A program made the translations under genes and the position numbers. Of a stretch of DNA of 46,512 nucleotides, positions 18,394-28,657 are shown piece after piece. The stretch spans positions 1 through 46,512 of the forward strand of contig CAZJKG010000005.1 in assembly GCA_964546795.1 (NCBI GenBank), given 5' to 3'. Below the pieces are notes generated by a model. The model searched no databases and was not told where the DNA came from. It was given only the letters and a program-made list of their open reading frames with translations. Numbering within the stretch: the first letter of the stretch is position 1; every line of letters starts with the position of its first letter. The DNA is from an uncultured Candidatus Saccharibacteria bacterium. GTDB taxonomy: Bacteria; Patescibacteriota; Minisyncoccia; Phycocordibacterales; Phycocordibacteraceae.

Positions 18394-20280
18394 ATGCCAC
18401 CAAACTCAGAAGACGATACCAGCTCGCTTGAACGCGCTCGCGAGCATCTCTACAAGCCCGGTGCCACTATGGACGGTCTGCACGCACCACGAATGCAGCC
18501 CAACACTCGTTCATTACCCCATGCATGGGAAAAACGTCCGCTCCCGCGCATTCCCTACAAGGGGAAACGGCATGTGCGTCTTGCAAGTGTTTTTTTCATA
18601 GCCGCTTCCATCTTCTTCCTCATTTCTCTTGTCGCCACCGGCTACTTCTTCTATGTGGGAAGCAATGTCGTTTCGGTCGACAAAGTCACGGTCGATATCC
18701 AGGGCCCGACAACGGTCGCCGGCGGCGACACCATTCCTTTCTCGCTCGCCATTACGAATAGGAATCCTGTCGCGATAGACAACGCCATCATTGAGATACA
18801 TTTCCCGACTGGTACGAGGAATGCGTCCGATGTGCTAAGCGCATATCCGCGCTTCATCGAGAATCTCGGCACGATCCCGAGTGGCGCGACCGTAACGCGG
18901 TCAATAAAAGTCATCGTGTTCGGCGGCGCAGGGCAGGATCTTGTACTCCCGGTTTCTTTTTCATTCGATACGACCGGCTCCAACGCAACTTTCCTGAAGA
19001 AATCCTCTTACACGCTTGCGATCTCATCGACGCCGCTTTCCGTATCCGTCGATACGCTCACGGAAACCGTTTCAGGCAAGCCGCTCACTATCACGCTCAT
19101 GGTCCGTTCGAACGCGACCGTGCCGCTCGGCAACGTCGTCCTTACCGGTTCATTTCCTTTCGGCTTCGTAGTCAATTCGTCTTCAATTCCTTTGAATAAC
19201 TCAAGTTTCCTCATTGGCACGCTGTTGCCTGGAGCATCTAAGACGGTAACGCTCACCGGAACGCTCACTGGGCAGGATAAAGAACAGCGCGTCTTTCATT
19301 TCACCGTCGGGACCGCAGAGACCTCGCAAGATCAGAATCTTGCCGTTACGTACATGACCCAGGATGCGCAAGTGACGATTGTGGCACCGTTCCTCAACAC
19401 GACACTTACTCTCAACGGCGACACAAGAGCAAATCCGGTCGTGGCTCCCGGAAGCTTCCAGAACGTCTCTATTTCCTACGCCAACACGCTGGCGACGAGT
19501 ATAACGAATGCGGAAGTTGCAGTCACAATTTCCGGCCCCGCGGTCGACTATGACAGTATCCGCGCCGACAGCGGTTTCTACCGTTCCATTGATCACACGA
19601 TTGTTTTTAACCGGGATACCGACCCGGCTCTAGCCGTTCTTGCTCCCGGGGCGGTCGGTGTCGGAGCGTTCTCTTTCTCGACATTGCCAGTGGGATCTCT
19701 TGCTTCCGCGCCGACCATAACACTCTCCATTTCCGTATCGGGCACACGCGTTGGTCAGACGAATGTGCCAGAACAAGTGAGCGCCTCCGTGACCAAGATC
19801 GTGAAGGTCTCGACTTCCGTCGGACTTTCGGCTTCCGCTCTTCATTCGTCGGGACCGTTCAGTGCCAGTGGACCCATTCCCCCTCGCGCCGATCAAATGA
19901 CGATCTATACCATCATATGGAATGTACGGAATGAAGGTAGTGCAGTCGCCGGTGGTTCTATGAGTGCAACTCTGCCGAATTACGTTTCCTACACCGGGAC
20001 GACCACAGGCATGGGATCCTTCTCCTATGACACCACATCCCGCACTGTCTCGTGGAATACGGGCGATCTCACACAGGGCGCTTCCGCACAGGGCGCCTTC
20101 CAAGTCGCTCTCACCCCATCAACCTCGCAGCAGGGCACTGCGCCCAAGCTTACAGGAGATGTCTCCTTTTCAGGATACGACCGCTTCGCGGGCGTGCAGG
20201 TCACGGCGACGGCCGACCCGGTGACGACCGAGACCTCAAGGGATCCGGGCTATGTCCCTGCCAACGCACTTGTGCAATAA
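18394..20280 (+). CDS. single-TM protein with tandem beta-sandwich (DUF11/Ig-like) domains
   Basis: TM near residues 63-87, then S/T-rich beta-type repeats (YTIIWNVRN, VSWNTGDL). Confidence 0.75.
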   Translation: MPPNSEDDTSSLERAREHLYKPGATMDGLHAPRMQPNTRSLPHAWEKRPLPRIPYKGKRHVRLASVFFIAASIFFLISLVATGYFFYVGSNVVSVDKVTVDIQGPTTVAGGDTIPFSLAITNRNPVAIDNAIIEIHFPTGTRNASDVLSAYPRFIENLGTIPSGATVTRSIKVIVFGGAGQDLVLPVSFSFDTTGSNATFLKKSSYTLAISSTPLSVSVDTLTETVSGKPLTITLMVRSNATVPLGNVVLTGSFPFGFVVNSSSIPLNNSSFLIGTLLPGASKTVTLTGTLTGQDKEQRVFHFTVGTAETSQDQNLAVTYMTQDAQVTIVAPFLNTTLTLNGDTRANPVVAPGSFQNVSISYANTLATSITNAEVAVTISGPAVDYDSIRADSGFYRSIDHTIVFNRDTDPALAVLAPGAVGVGAFSFSTLPVGSLASAPTITLSISVSGTRVGQTNVPEQVSASVTKIVKVSTSVGLSASALHSSGPFSASGPIPPRADQMTIYTIIWNVRNEGSAVAGGSMSATLPNYVSYTGTTTGMGSFSYDTTSRTVSWNTGDLTQGASAQGAFQVALTPSTSQQGTAPKLTGDVSFSGYDRFAGVQVTATADPVTTETSRDPGYVPANALVQ

Positions 20281-20425
20281 AAGAGTACGGCAAAAATCTT
20301 CATATGCTGCGTTATGGTCACCCAACGATTTCTTTCATCGTACCGCAGAGTACGACTCCAGAAATCGTTTGCCCATGCCTTGCATCTGAGAGCTTTTTGC
20401 CGCACTCTTAGCGTAAAGTAACCAT

Positions 20426-21751
20426 ATGGATAATCAGAACCTGATGGAAAAGATTGTCTCCCTCGCCAAACGTCGGGGATTTATCTTCCCCGGCTCAGAA
20501 ATTTACGGCGGCCTCGCTGGTACTTACGATTACGGCCCTTTAGGAATTATCTTGAAAGAAAACGTAGAGCGCCTCTGGCTCTCAATGTTCCGCGATGATC
20601 GCGATGATATGTATGGCGTTGACGCGGCGATTTTAATGAATCCGAAAGTGTGGGAAGCAAGCGGTCATGTGTCCGGATTCGCTGATCCATTGGTCGAGTG
20701 TGAAAAGTGCAGAAAGCGTTTTCGTGCGGACCATCTGACCGATGCGAAGCAGTGTCCCGAGTGCGGGGGGGCGCTCGGGAACGTACGGAAATTCAATATG
20801 ATGTTCAAGACACATGCGGGCGCGGCCGAAGATGAATCGGCGCTCGTGTACCTGCGTCCGGAGACCGCGGGCGGCATCTTCACGAATTTCAAGAATGTCG
20901 TGGATTCCCTGCATCCGAAGTTACCTTTTGGCATCGCGCAAATAGGGAAGGTATTCCGCAACGAGATTGCGCCGCGTGATTTCACGTTCCGTTTACGGGA
21001 ATTCTCGCAGATGGAGGTGGAATATTTCATTAAGCCGTCCGATTGGGAACAGGCATTCGAGGAATGGCGTAAGACCATGCATCTGTTCGCGCAAGCAATC
21101 GGATTACCGCAGAGCATGGTGCATGAACTTGAAGTTCCCGCAGAAGATCGGGCGCATTACTCCAAGCGCACCATCGATTTTGAATTCGATTATCCCTTCG
21201 CACGCACAGAATTATGGGGCCTCGCCTACCGCACCGATTTCGACCTTTCTGCGCATGAAAACGCTTCAGGATCCTCACTCGCTTATCTAGATGAAGAGAC
21301 GAAAGAGAAATTTATTCCGCATGTTATAGAACCCTCTTTTGGTATTGACCGTACCATCCTTGCGATACTCACAAGTGCGTATCGTGAAGACACTATGGGT
21401 GGGGAAATACGCACCTATCTTGCGCTTGCGCCAAAGATAGCACCGGTCAAAGCCATGGTGTCTCCGCTTTTGAAGAACAAACCCGAACTTGTTGCGGCGG
21501 CAAGGGACGTACGCGCCGAGTTGCGAAAAGTCCACCCCGCCATCGCTTGGGATGATAACGGTAACATCGGCAAGCGCTATCGCCGTCAGGACGAGATAGG
21601 CACGCCGTTTTGCATCACGATTGATTTTGATACGCTCGGCGAAAAACCAGAACTCAAAGATACCGTTACGCTGCGTCACCGCGACACAGGCGTTCAAGAA
21701 CGACTCACTGTCGCCCTCGCCGCCGAGCGCATCCGATCCGTAATTTCATAG
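20426..21751 (+). CDS. glyQS: glycine--tRNA ligase, alpha2 type
   Basis: LAKRRGF, YDYGPLG, YLRPETA, FRNEI, VIEPSFGIDR, IGKRYRRQDEIGTP. Confidence 0.97.
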   Translation: MDNQNLMEKIVSLAKRRGFIFPGSEIYGGLAGTYDYGPLGIILKENVERLWLSMFRDDRDDMYGVDAAILMNPKVWEASGHVSGFADPLVECEKCRKRFRADHLTDAKQCPECGGALGNVRKFNMMFKTHAGAAEDESALVYLRPETAGGIFTNFKNVVDSLHPKLPFGIAQIGKVFRNEIAPRDFTFRLREFSQMEVEYFIKPSDWEQAFEEWRKTMHLFAQAIGLPQSMVHELEVPAEDRAHYSKRTIDFEFDYPFARTELWGLAYRTDFDLSAHENASGSSLAYLDEETKEKFIPHVIEPSFGIDRTILAILTSAYREDTMGGEIRTYLALAPKIAPVKAMVSPLLKNKPELVAAARDVRAELRKVHPAIAWDDNGNIGKRYRRQDEIGTPFCITIDFDTLGEKPELKDTVTLRHRDTGVQERLTVALAAERIRSVIS

Positions 21752-21817
21752 TTTTCGTCTTAAAACTACTTTTTGCTAACTCCTTTCTGCTTACTATTTT
21801 CATGCTAGGATGCCCGT

Positions 21818-22879
21818 ATGGATAAGGAAATTCGCGTTTCCATCACCTCGGGTACCATTATTTCCGCACTGCTCATTATCGCGGGCGCCTACATCTTCTG
21901 GCTACTACGCGATCTCGCGCTCCTCGTGTTGACTGCCATTGTCATCTCTTCAGCCATAGAACCGGAGGTTGCATTCTTCATTCGGCACCGCGTTCCACGC
22001 TTCGCCGCCGCACTCCTTGTCTACGTACTCGTCTTCGGTTCCGTCTCTGCACTCTTTTATTTTTTCTTCCCTCCGATCATTGCGGACACGGCGAATTTTC
22101 TCTCCGCCGCGCCGGGCTATCTAGATACGATAAACGTAAGCACGCCTTTTTCAAGCATTACGAACGCGACCGACTTTATTGGCGGCCAGCATGGGACGCA
22201 GTCGTTCGTCCAAACACTGCTTTCGCTCCAGTCCGTATTCGCAGCGAGCTCTGGCGGCGTCTTACAGCTCTTCATAACATTCTTCGGAGGCATCTTCTCG
22301 TTCATACTAGTTATCACGCTCTCCTTCTACTTCGCGCTTCAGGATACCGGCGTTGACGATTTCCTCCGTATGGTCATGCCGGTGTCGTATGAGGAATATT
22401 CTGTTGATCTCTGGAAACGGTCACAGAAGAAAATAGGACTCTGGATGCAAGGACAGATTCTCCTTTCGGTCATCGTCGGTATACTCGTGTATCTCGGTCT
22501 TCTCATTCTCGACATTCCTTATGCACTACTCATTTCCGTCTTTACCGGGATGGCGGAAATCATCCCTATCTTCGGGTCCCTGATGGCAGGGACGGTCGCA
22601 GTCATCGTCGGATATTCCGATGGCGGCGTTTCTATTGCAGCCATCGTCCTCGGCCTCTATGTCATCGTGAACCAATTCGAGTCAAATCTCATTTATCCGC
22701 TTATCGTGAAGAAAATCGTGGGCATCCCGCCGTTGCTCGTCATCGTAGCGCTTATCGCCGGTTATACGCTCGCCGGGTTCCTGGGCGCCCTGCTTTCAGT
22801 ACCGGTTGCGGCGGTCATACTTGAATTCATTTCCGACTTCGACAGGCGAAAGAATCGCGAAATGCACCACAGCGCGTAA
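21818..22879 (+). CDS. AI-2E family transporter
   Basis: Multi-TM; WMQGQ, EIIPIFG, QFESNLIYP, GFLGALLSVPVAA. Confidence 0.9.
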   Translation: MDKEIRVSITSGTIISALLIIAGAYIFWLLRDLALLVLTAIVISSAIEPEVAFFIRHRVPRFAAALLVYVLVFGSVSALFYFFFPPIIADTANFLSAAPGYLDTINVSTPFSSITNATDFIGGQHGTQSFVQTLLSLQSVFAASSGGVLQLFITFFGGIFSFILVITLSFYFALQDTGVDDFLRMVMPVSYEEYSVDLWKRSQKKIGLWMQGQILLSVIVGILVYLGLLILDIPYALLISVFTGMAEIIPIFGSLMAGTVAVIVGYSDGGVSIAAIVLGLYVIVNQFESNLIYPLIVKKIVGIPPLLVIVALIAGYTLAGFLGALLSVPVAAVILEFISDFDRRKNREMHHSA

Positions 22880-22880
22880 C

Positions 22881-24344
22881 GTGAAAAAAACTTTCTACCT
22901 CACCACGCCCATTTTCTATCCGAACGCGAAGCTCCATCTCGGGCATGCGTATACCATGACGCTGAGCGATGCTCTTGTACGGCATCATCGCCGCCTGGGT
23001 GAAAAGGTTTATTTTCTCGCGGGTTCGGACGAAAATACACAGAAAATGGTGGATGCGGCATCGAAAGCTGACGCGGAGCCGATGACATTCCTTGACCGGA
23101 TCGTACAGAATTTCATGGCGCTTTACTCGTCCCTCGATATCTCATATGACCAGTTCATTCGCACCTCCGATGCGAAGGTACATTGGCCGGGCGCACAGGC
23201 GCTATGGAATAAGATCTTTGCCGCGGGCGATTTATATAAAAAAGAATATGAAGGGCTCTACTGCGTCGATCATGAAGCGTTTATTACGGAGAAAGATCTC
23301 ATTGATGGGAAATGTCCGGATCACGGTACGAAACCGGAACATCTGCGTGAGGAAAATTACTTCTTCCGTCTCTCACGGTACGCGGATATACTGAGAGAGA
23401 AAATTGAAAGCGATGAATTGCGCATTGTGCCACAGTCGCGCAAAAAGGAGATACTTTCATTCATTGCTGGCGGACTCGAGGACGTCAGTTTCTCACGATC
23501 GCGCCGCCCTAACTGGCCGGAAGGTCTTGGTGTTCCGGTACCGGGGGATGACTCTCAGATCATGTATGTGTGGTGCGATGCACTTTCCAATTACATAACG
23601 GCGCTTGGATTCGGTCGTGACGACTCTCTGTACCGTGAATTTTGGCCGGCCGATGTGCACATTATCGGGAAAGACATCTTGCGTTTCCATGCGGCAATAT
23701 GGCCGGCCATGCTTCTTTCTGCCGGTTTGCCACTCCCGAAAGCGCTTTTTGTGCATGGATTCATCACCTCCGGCGGAAAAAAGATGAGTAAGACGCTCGG
23801 CAACATCATAGATCCCGAGGAACTCATTACGACGTATGGATCCGATGCCGTACGCTATTTCTTGCTCCGACATATATCACCCTTTGAAGACGGAGATATC
23901 ACGCGCGAAGGATTTAAGGACGCCTACACCGCAAATCTCACGAACGGTCTTGGGAATCTTGTCGCGCGTGTGATGCAAATGGCCACAACCCATCTTCAAG
24001 GTCCCGTAGAAATAACCAACGAAACTCAATCCGATCCTGATGTAGCTGCGCACCTTGAGAAGTTTGAGTTTAATCGTGCGATGGACAGTATGTGGGAGCG
24101 CATCGGACATGCTGATGCATTGATAGCAGTTAAAAAACCCTTTGTAGGAGTTAAGTCGGATGAAGCCAGTGTCCGTGACGAAGCACTGTTGATTATCAAG
24201 AAATTGGTACGTGAGTTGAATGCGATTGCTACTGACCTTGAACCCTTTATGCCGTCAACGAGTGCACAGATAACAGAGGCAATACGTACCCACAAAAAGC
24301 CAAAAAATCTATTTCCGCGCCTGCCTGCGCAGGCAGGGCCATGA
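22881..24344 (+). CDS. metG: methionine--tRNA ligase (short form)
   Basis: FYLTTPIFYPNAKLHLGH, YVWCDAL, GKDILRFH, KMSKT; GTG start just after upstream stop. Confidence 0.96.
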   Translation: MKKTFYLTTPIFYPNAKLHLGHAYTMTLSDALVRHHRRLGEKVYFLAGSDENTQKMVDAASKADAEPMTFLDRIVQNFMALYSSLDISYDQFIRTSDAKVHWPGAQALWNKIFAAGDLYKKEYEGLYCVDHEAFITEKDLIDGKCPDHGTKPEHLREENYFFRLSRYADILREKIESDELRIVPQSRKKEILSFIAGGLEDVSFSRSRRPNWPEGLGVPVPGDDSQIMYVWCDALSNYITALGFGRDDSLYREFWPADVHIIGKDILRFHAAIWPAMLLSAGLPLPKALFVHGFITSGGKKMSKTLGNIIDPEELITTYGSDAVRYFLLRHISPFEDGDITREGFKDAYTANLTNGLGNLVARVMQMATTHLQGPVEITNETQSDPDVAAHLEKFEFNRAMDSMWERIGHADALIAVKKPFVGVKSDEASVRDEALLIIKKLVRELNAIATDLEPFMPSTSAQITEAIRTHKKPKNLFPRLPAQAGP

Positions 24345-25156
24345 ATGTGAAATATGTGGATGCGCATTGCCATATACAGTTTGATCAGTACGCAGAGGAC
24401 GACAACGAGCTCATTACTCGAATGCGTACAGAAGGAGTAATGGGCATTGTCGTTGGAGTTGATAATGCTTCCTCACGAAAAGCCGTTGCGCTAGCGGAGA
24501 ACTATGGGCATCTCTATAGCGCGGTCGGGCTCCATCCGAACCGTATCCAAGCAGAATCCTTTGATGAATCGGCTTATCGCACACTCGCAGTGCATCCGCA
24601 GGTTGTCGCGATAGGGGAGTGCGGGTTGGATTATTTTCGCCCGATAGAAGTGAATGACGATTTGAAGCAAGCTCAGAAAGAAGTGTTGCAAAAACACATT
24701 GAACTCGCTGCTGAACTCGATAAACCACTCATCATCCACGCTCGGCCTTCAAAAGGAACGATGGACGCGTATCGCGATTTGATAGAAATACTGGAAAAAG
24801 CTAAGACAAAATATCAAAATCTCCGAGGGGATATTCATTTCTTTGTCGGTGGCGTCGAAGAAGCCAAAGCACTCTCGGAGCTTGGTTTTACAGTATCCTT
24901 TACCGCTGTTATTACATTCACTCGCGACTACGACGAGGTCATCAGAGTACTGCCGTTGTCTAGTATACTTTCCGAAACCGATGCTCCTTATGTCGCGCCT
25001 GTATCGCGTCGAGGTGAGCGTAACGATCCGCTTGCGGTGATAGATGTCGTCTCAAAGATAGCAGATATTAGAGGCGAAGATCTTAAAACCGTCCGTACCG
25101 CACTTTTCGCGAATGCTCTCCATATGTTCGCTCTATCTGGTATCACGGAAGCGTAA
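24341..25156 (+). CDS. tatD: TatD family hydrolase
   Basis: DAHCH, GLHP, AIGECGLDY, IIHAR, SETDAPY; follows metG. Confidence 0.94.
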   Translation: MNVKYVDAHCHIQFDQYAEDDNELITRMRTEGVMGIVVGVDNASSRKAVALAENYGHLYSAVGLHPNRIQAESFDESAYRTLAVHPQVVAIGECGLDYFRPIEVNDDLKQAQKEVLQKHIELAAELDKPLIIHARPSKGTMDAYRDLIEILEKAKTKYQNLRGDIHFFVGGVEEAKALSELGFTVSFTAVITFTRDYDEVIRVLPLSSILSETDAPYVAPVSRRGERNDPLAVIDVVSKIADIRGEDLKTVRTALFANALHMFALSGITEA

Positions 25157-25200
25157 ATCGCCTTGCAGGCGGCAAAATCCCATGCTAGGATGCCGCCACT

Positions 25201-25695
25201 ATGGCGAGAACTCAAAATACAGAGATGCGTGCGGAAGAAACACTCGAGAACGAGAGTTCCGAGCCCCGCGTCTACGAACTCGGTTTCCATCTTGATCCCG
25301 AGCTTCCCATTGAGGAAGTAAAAAGGGCGTATCAAGCGGTGCGTGCCGCTATAATGCAGAAAGGCGTGCTTGTCGCTGAGGGCGAGCCCGAGAAGATCCA
25401 GCTTGCCTATACCATTTCTCGCCAGGAGGTCGCCGGCCGGCGCGATTTTGATTCTGCCTATTTTTCCTGGATCGTGTACGAGACATCCGCGGAACCTCAT
25501 GCTGAAGTGCTTAAAGCGGCGAACGCCGAAAAGCGCATTGTTCGCTTCATTGACCTTCTCACGACCAAGGATGCAGCTCGTCATGCTGTTGAGGTGCGCG
25601 AACTTTCCCTGAAGACATCGTCAGAACGCGTCGAAAGCCCGGAGACAGCTGCAAGTGCAGAACTCGATGCCGCGCTTGAGAGCGTTGCGATATAA
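25201..25695 (+). CDS. rpsF: 30S ribosomal protein S6
   Basis: YEL..LDP, LAYTI, AYF, IVRF; rpsF-ssb-rpsR synteny. Confidence 0.88.
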   Translation: MARTQNTEMRAEETLENESSEPRVYELGFHLDPELPIEEVKRAYQAVRAAIMQKGVLVAEGEPEKIQLAYTISRQEVAGRRDFDSAYFSWIVYETSAEPHAEVLKAANAEKRIVRFIDLLTTKDAARHAVEVRELSLKTSSERVESPETAASAELDAALESVAI

Positions 25696-25704
25696 TCAAA
25701 AGAT

Positions 25705-26154
25705 ATGTACCTCAACAAAGTATTTCTCTACGGTAATCTCACCCGTGATCCGGAGCTGAAGGCGTTGCCGTCCGGGGGACAGGTCGCGAACTTCGGCCTT
25801 GCCACGAACCGCACCTATAAGGACAAGAGCGGACAGAAGCAGGAAGCGACCGAGTTCCACAATATCGTCGCCTTTGGCCGTACTGCGGAAGTCATTGCGC
25901 AGTACATGAAGAAAGGGCGCCCCATCTTTGTCGAAGGGCGCATACAGACGCGCTCATGGGATGACAAGGAGAGCGGCAAGAAGAATTATCGCACTGAGAT
26001 CGTCGTGGACAACTTCCAGTTCGGCGCTGACAGTAAGGGCGGGGGAAATGCAAACGCTTCAAGCGGCGCGCATGACGAACAGCCGGCACCGAAGGACGAC
26101 GAGGCGATCAAGTATCCGGATGAGGAGATCAATCCCGAAGATATTCCGTTTTAA
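25705..26154 (+). CDS. ssb: single-stranded DNA-binding protein
   Basis: NKVFLYGNLTRDPE, VEGRIQTRSW, C-terminal EDIPF. Confidence 0.97.
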   Translation: MYLNKVFLYGNLTRDPELKALPSGGQVANFGLATNRTYKDKSGQKQEATEFHNIVAFGRTAEVIAQYMKKGRPIFVEGRIQTRSWDDKESGKKNYRTEIVVDNFQFGADSKGGGNANASSGAHDEQPAPKDDEAIKYPDEEINPEDIPF

Positions 26155-26164
26155 TTATTGAACT

Positions 26165-26371
26165 ATGGCTTACCAATCTGAACGCGAAGAGATAGAGATA
26201 AAAAAGTTTATCGACTACAAAGATGTCGCATACTTGAAATTGTTTACCAGCCCGCATGCAAAAATGCTCTCAAAGAAGCGTACCGGTATTCCCGCCGCGA
26301 AGCAGCGCGATATCATGCAGGCGATAAAGCACGCACGCTTCATGGCGCTCCTCCCGTACGTCGCTGCCTAA
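26165..26371 (+). CDS. rpsR: 30S ribosomal protein S18 (Cys-free type)
   Basis: IDYKD, KRTG, QR..AIKHARFMALLPY. Confidence 0.94.
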   Translation: MAYQSEREEIEIKKFIDYKDVAYLKLFTSPHAKMLSKKRTGIPAAKQRDIMQAIKHARFMALLPYVAA

Positions 26372-26378
26372 ATAGCAC

Positions 26379-27070
26379 TTAACGAACCTCCAAAAATACT
26401 TTCGGCTCGGTGTCGAGAATCTTTTCTTTGATTTCTGGGAAAAGAACTCCACACTGTATTTTTTCAGTTAGTTGTGTAATCTCTCCATCAAAAGGATAGA
26501 CCAAAGTGTCATATATGATTCCTTTAATTGGCACGCGTGCGATTACTTCAGGTAGTTCTTCAAGAATATATGTTCCGAGATGTTCAATCTCCTTTTTGCT
26601 GAAAACATTCTCTTCCTTCGATGTCCATTTTGTATTATGGATGTAATGCACGATTTAAATTCAGGATTTGAATTATATACATCATAAAGATAGGTCACTT
26701 TCTTTTTGTAAGATTCATCGGTGATGTCGTCCCATGTAGCATAGATAATTTTTTTCTGTTCCTGTGGAGAAAGGATTTTTTCTACCCCTCCTTTAATGTT
26801 CTCGAGTACTTTTTGTCCCTTCTGTCTGGCGATTCGAAGAGCTTTTTCTTTAGATGTCCCCTGTCTTCGCACTTCTATGTTGATGGCATGAATAGTATCT
26901 ACCACATACACTGCAACCTTTTCGCGTGTGTACTGTAAAGACCATTGAATTAACCCGATAATATTTTCTACAGTAAACCATTTGTTACCCAAACTAATTC
27001 CAACGGCAATATTGTACTGTTTCGTTTCAAGCTCTGTTTTACTCCCACCTCTAATTATATGAAGCTCCAT
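26379..27070 (-). pseudogene. tRNA-dependent cyclodipeptide synthase (CDPS) split by a 1-nt frameshift near 26630
   Basis: ORF 26543-27070 has VGISLGNKWF and VVDTIHAIN; overlapping ORF 26379-26651 has YILEELP and LVYP; one extra base joins them into 230 aa. Confidence 0.8.
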
Positions 27071-27102
27071 ATTGGAAGTGCAATGTACATACTCGATAGC
27101 TT

Positions 27103-27678
27103 TTAGGCCTTCTCGACCCGTTCGGTGTAGATGCCGCTATCGGTGTTGATGCGGATGATATCTCCCGTATTGATAAAGAGCGGGACATCCACCTTTGCGC
27201 CAGTCGCCAATTCTACGAGTTTTGTCCCGCCACTCACCGTATTTCCTTTCACGGCGGGCGGTGCATCACGTACTTCCAAGTCAACTTTTATCGGTATTTG
27301 TATCGTCATCGGTTTTTCTTGGTAGGTCAGTACTTCCACTGCTGTGTTCGACACAAGCCACTGCACTTTATCGTGCACAATGTCTTCCGGGAATGAAAAG
27401 CGATTCTTCGGGTTATCCACCTCGGCAAACCAACTCTCGCCGCGAGCGGTATAGAGATAGAGTGCTTGTATGTTTTCCACCTCGGCTTCAGTGATAGTTT
27501 CGTTTTGATGGAAAGAAATCTCAACAACTTTACCAGAAACGAGGTGACGGAGTTTTGTTTGATTTACCGGTTTCCGCTGCTGCATGCGGAAGATATGGGC
27601 CGAGAGGACCTCATAGGGCTCGTTATTATACGTAATGATGCTTTTGGGGAGAATTTCGTTGTACGACAGTATGGCCAT
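27103..27678 (-). CDS. efp: elongation factor P
   Basis: YLY, PPAVKGNT, K..LATGAKVDVPLFINTGDIIRINT..Y.ER. Confidence 0.93.
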   Translation of the reverse strand: MAILSYNEILPKSIITYNNEPYEVLSAHIFRMQQRKPVNQTKLRHLVSGKVVEISFHQNETITEAEVENIQALYLYTARGESWFAEVDNPKNRFSFPEDIVHDKVQWLVSNTAVEVLTYQEKPMTIQIPIKVDLEVRDAPPAVKGNTVSGGTKLVELATGAKVDVPLFINTGDIIRINTDSGIYTERVEKA

Positions 27679-27756
27679 GATTCTGAAACTAGATCTGAAT
27701 AAAATGAGTTATAAAAAGTACCGCTTGAGGCGGATTCGTGTATGCTAGCAGACATT

Positions 27757-28335
27757 ATGAGTTTTTCAAACACTGAGCTTTCTACGCTCTCGGACACGGA
27801 GGTGCTCGTGCGCTCCCAGAAGGAGCCAGACCTCTTCGCCATCCTCGTCCATCGCTACGAAGCGCCTCTCTTGCGCCGCGCTCGGCGCATACTGTCCTCT
27901 CCGGAGGACGCTGAGGAAGCAGTACAGGACGCGTTCACCAAGATGTATCTCTACGCGGACAAATATCATGAGCAGGAAGGCGCACAGTTCTCTTCGTGGG
28001 CCTATACCATTTTAAATCGCGTGGCGTATACGAAATATAAAACAAAGAGCATAGAGCGCGGGAAGCGCGCCGAGCTTCTGCCCGAACACTATGAATCGCT
28101 TCCCGATGCCCAGGCCGAATTTATCGAAGACCTCTCCATTCGCAACGAAGTTATCGCCGCACTCTCAAAACTGCCGGAAACCGCATCAAAGATACTGCGG
28201 TTGCAATTCATCGAAGGAAAGAGTCAGGAAGAAATAGCCGAATCGGAACAACTCTCCATTCCCGCTGTAAAGACGCGCGTCCATCGCGCCAAGAAACTTT
28301 TCAAACAAGCGTATGATGAACAACGATATGAATGA
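27757..28335 (+). CDS. ECF-type RNA polymerase sigma factor
   Basis: Region 2 DAEEAVQDAF..FSSWAYTI; region 4 EGKSQEEIA..VKTRVHRAK. Alternative start 27742. Confidence 0.92.
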   Translation: MSFSNTELSTLSDTEVLVRSQKEPDLFAILVHRYEAPLLRRARRILSSPEDAEEAVQDAFTKMYLYADKYHEQEGAQFSSWAYTILNRVAYTKYKTKSIERGKRAELLPEHYESLPDAQAEFIEDLSIRNEVIAALSKLPETASKILRLQFIEGKSQEEIAESEQLSIPAVKTRVHRAKKLFKQAYDEQRYE

Positions 28336-28657
28336 CAATCAAACAAACATAGAGCGCATCGTGATGCAGAGAGTGCATCTCATTCGCGCGCTCCGTTTTG
28401 CCGTTTCAAGCGGCGTATTCTCCATGCTCATATCGGTCCTTGCGCTCTGGGGCATCGGAAGGGAAGTATGGGTCGCCCACGTATTGCAAAATGCTCCTGC
28501 GAATCCGCTGTATCTCGCCCAGTTCTATCTCACAGCATTCCTCAACACCCATCTGATCGTGCAGATACTCATACTTCTTGCGGTGGGATCTCTCATATAC
28601 GTCGCGCGCGAGATTGCTCGCGCGCTCGCCTTTATATCGGCCGCGAAGGGGATTTAA
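28328..28657 (+). CDS. 2-TM membrane protein, candidate anti-sigma factor
   Basis: Overlaps sigma stop; short soluble N-terminus and two hydrophobic helices. Confidence 0.65.
   Translation: MNDNQTNIERIVMQRVHLIRALRFAVSSGVFSMLISVLALWGIGREVWVAHVLQNAPANPLYLAQFYLTAFLNTHLIVQILILLAVGSLIYVAREIARALAFISAAKGI

Noticed and set aside
20281-20425. T-box riboswitch before glyQS
   Set aside because: No T-box sequence or terminator visible
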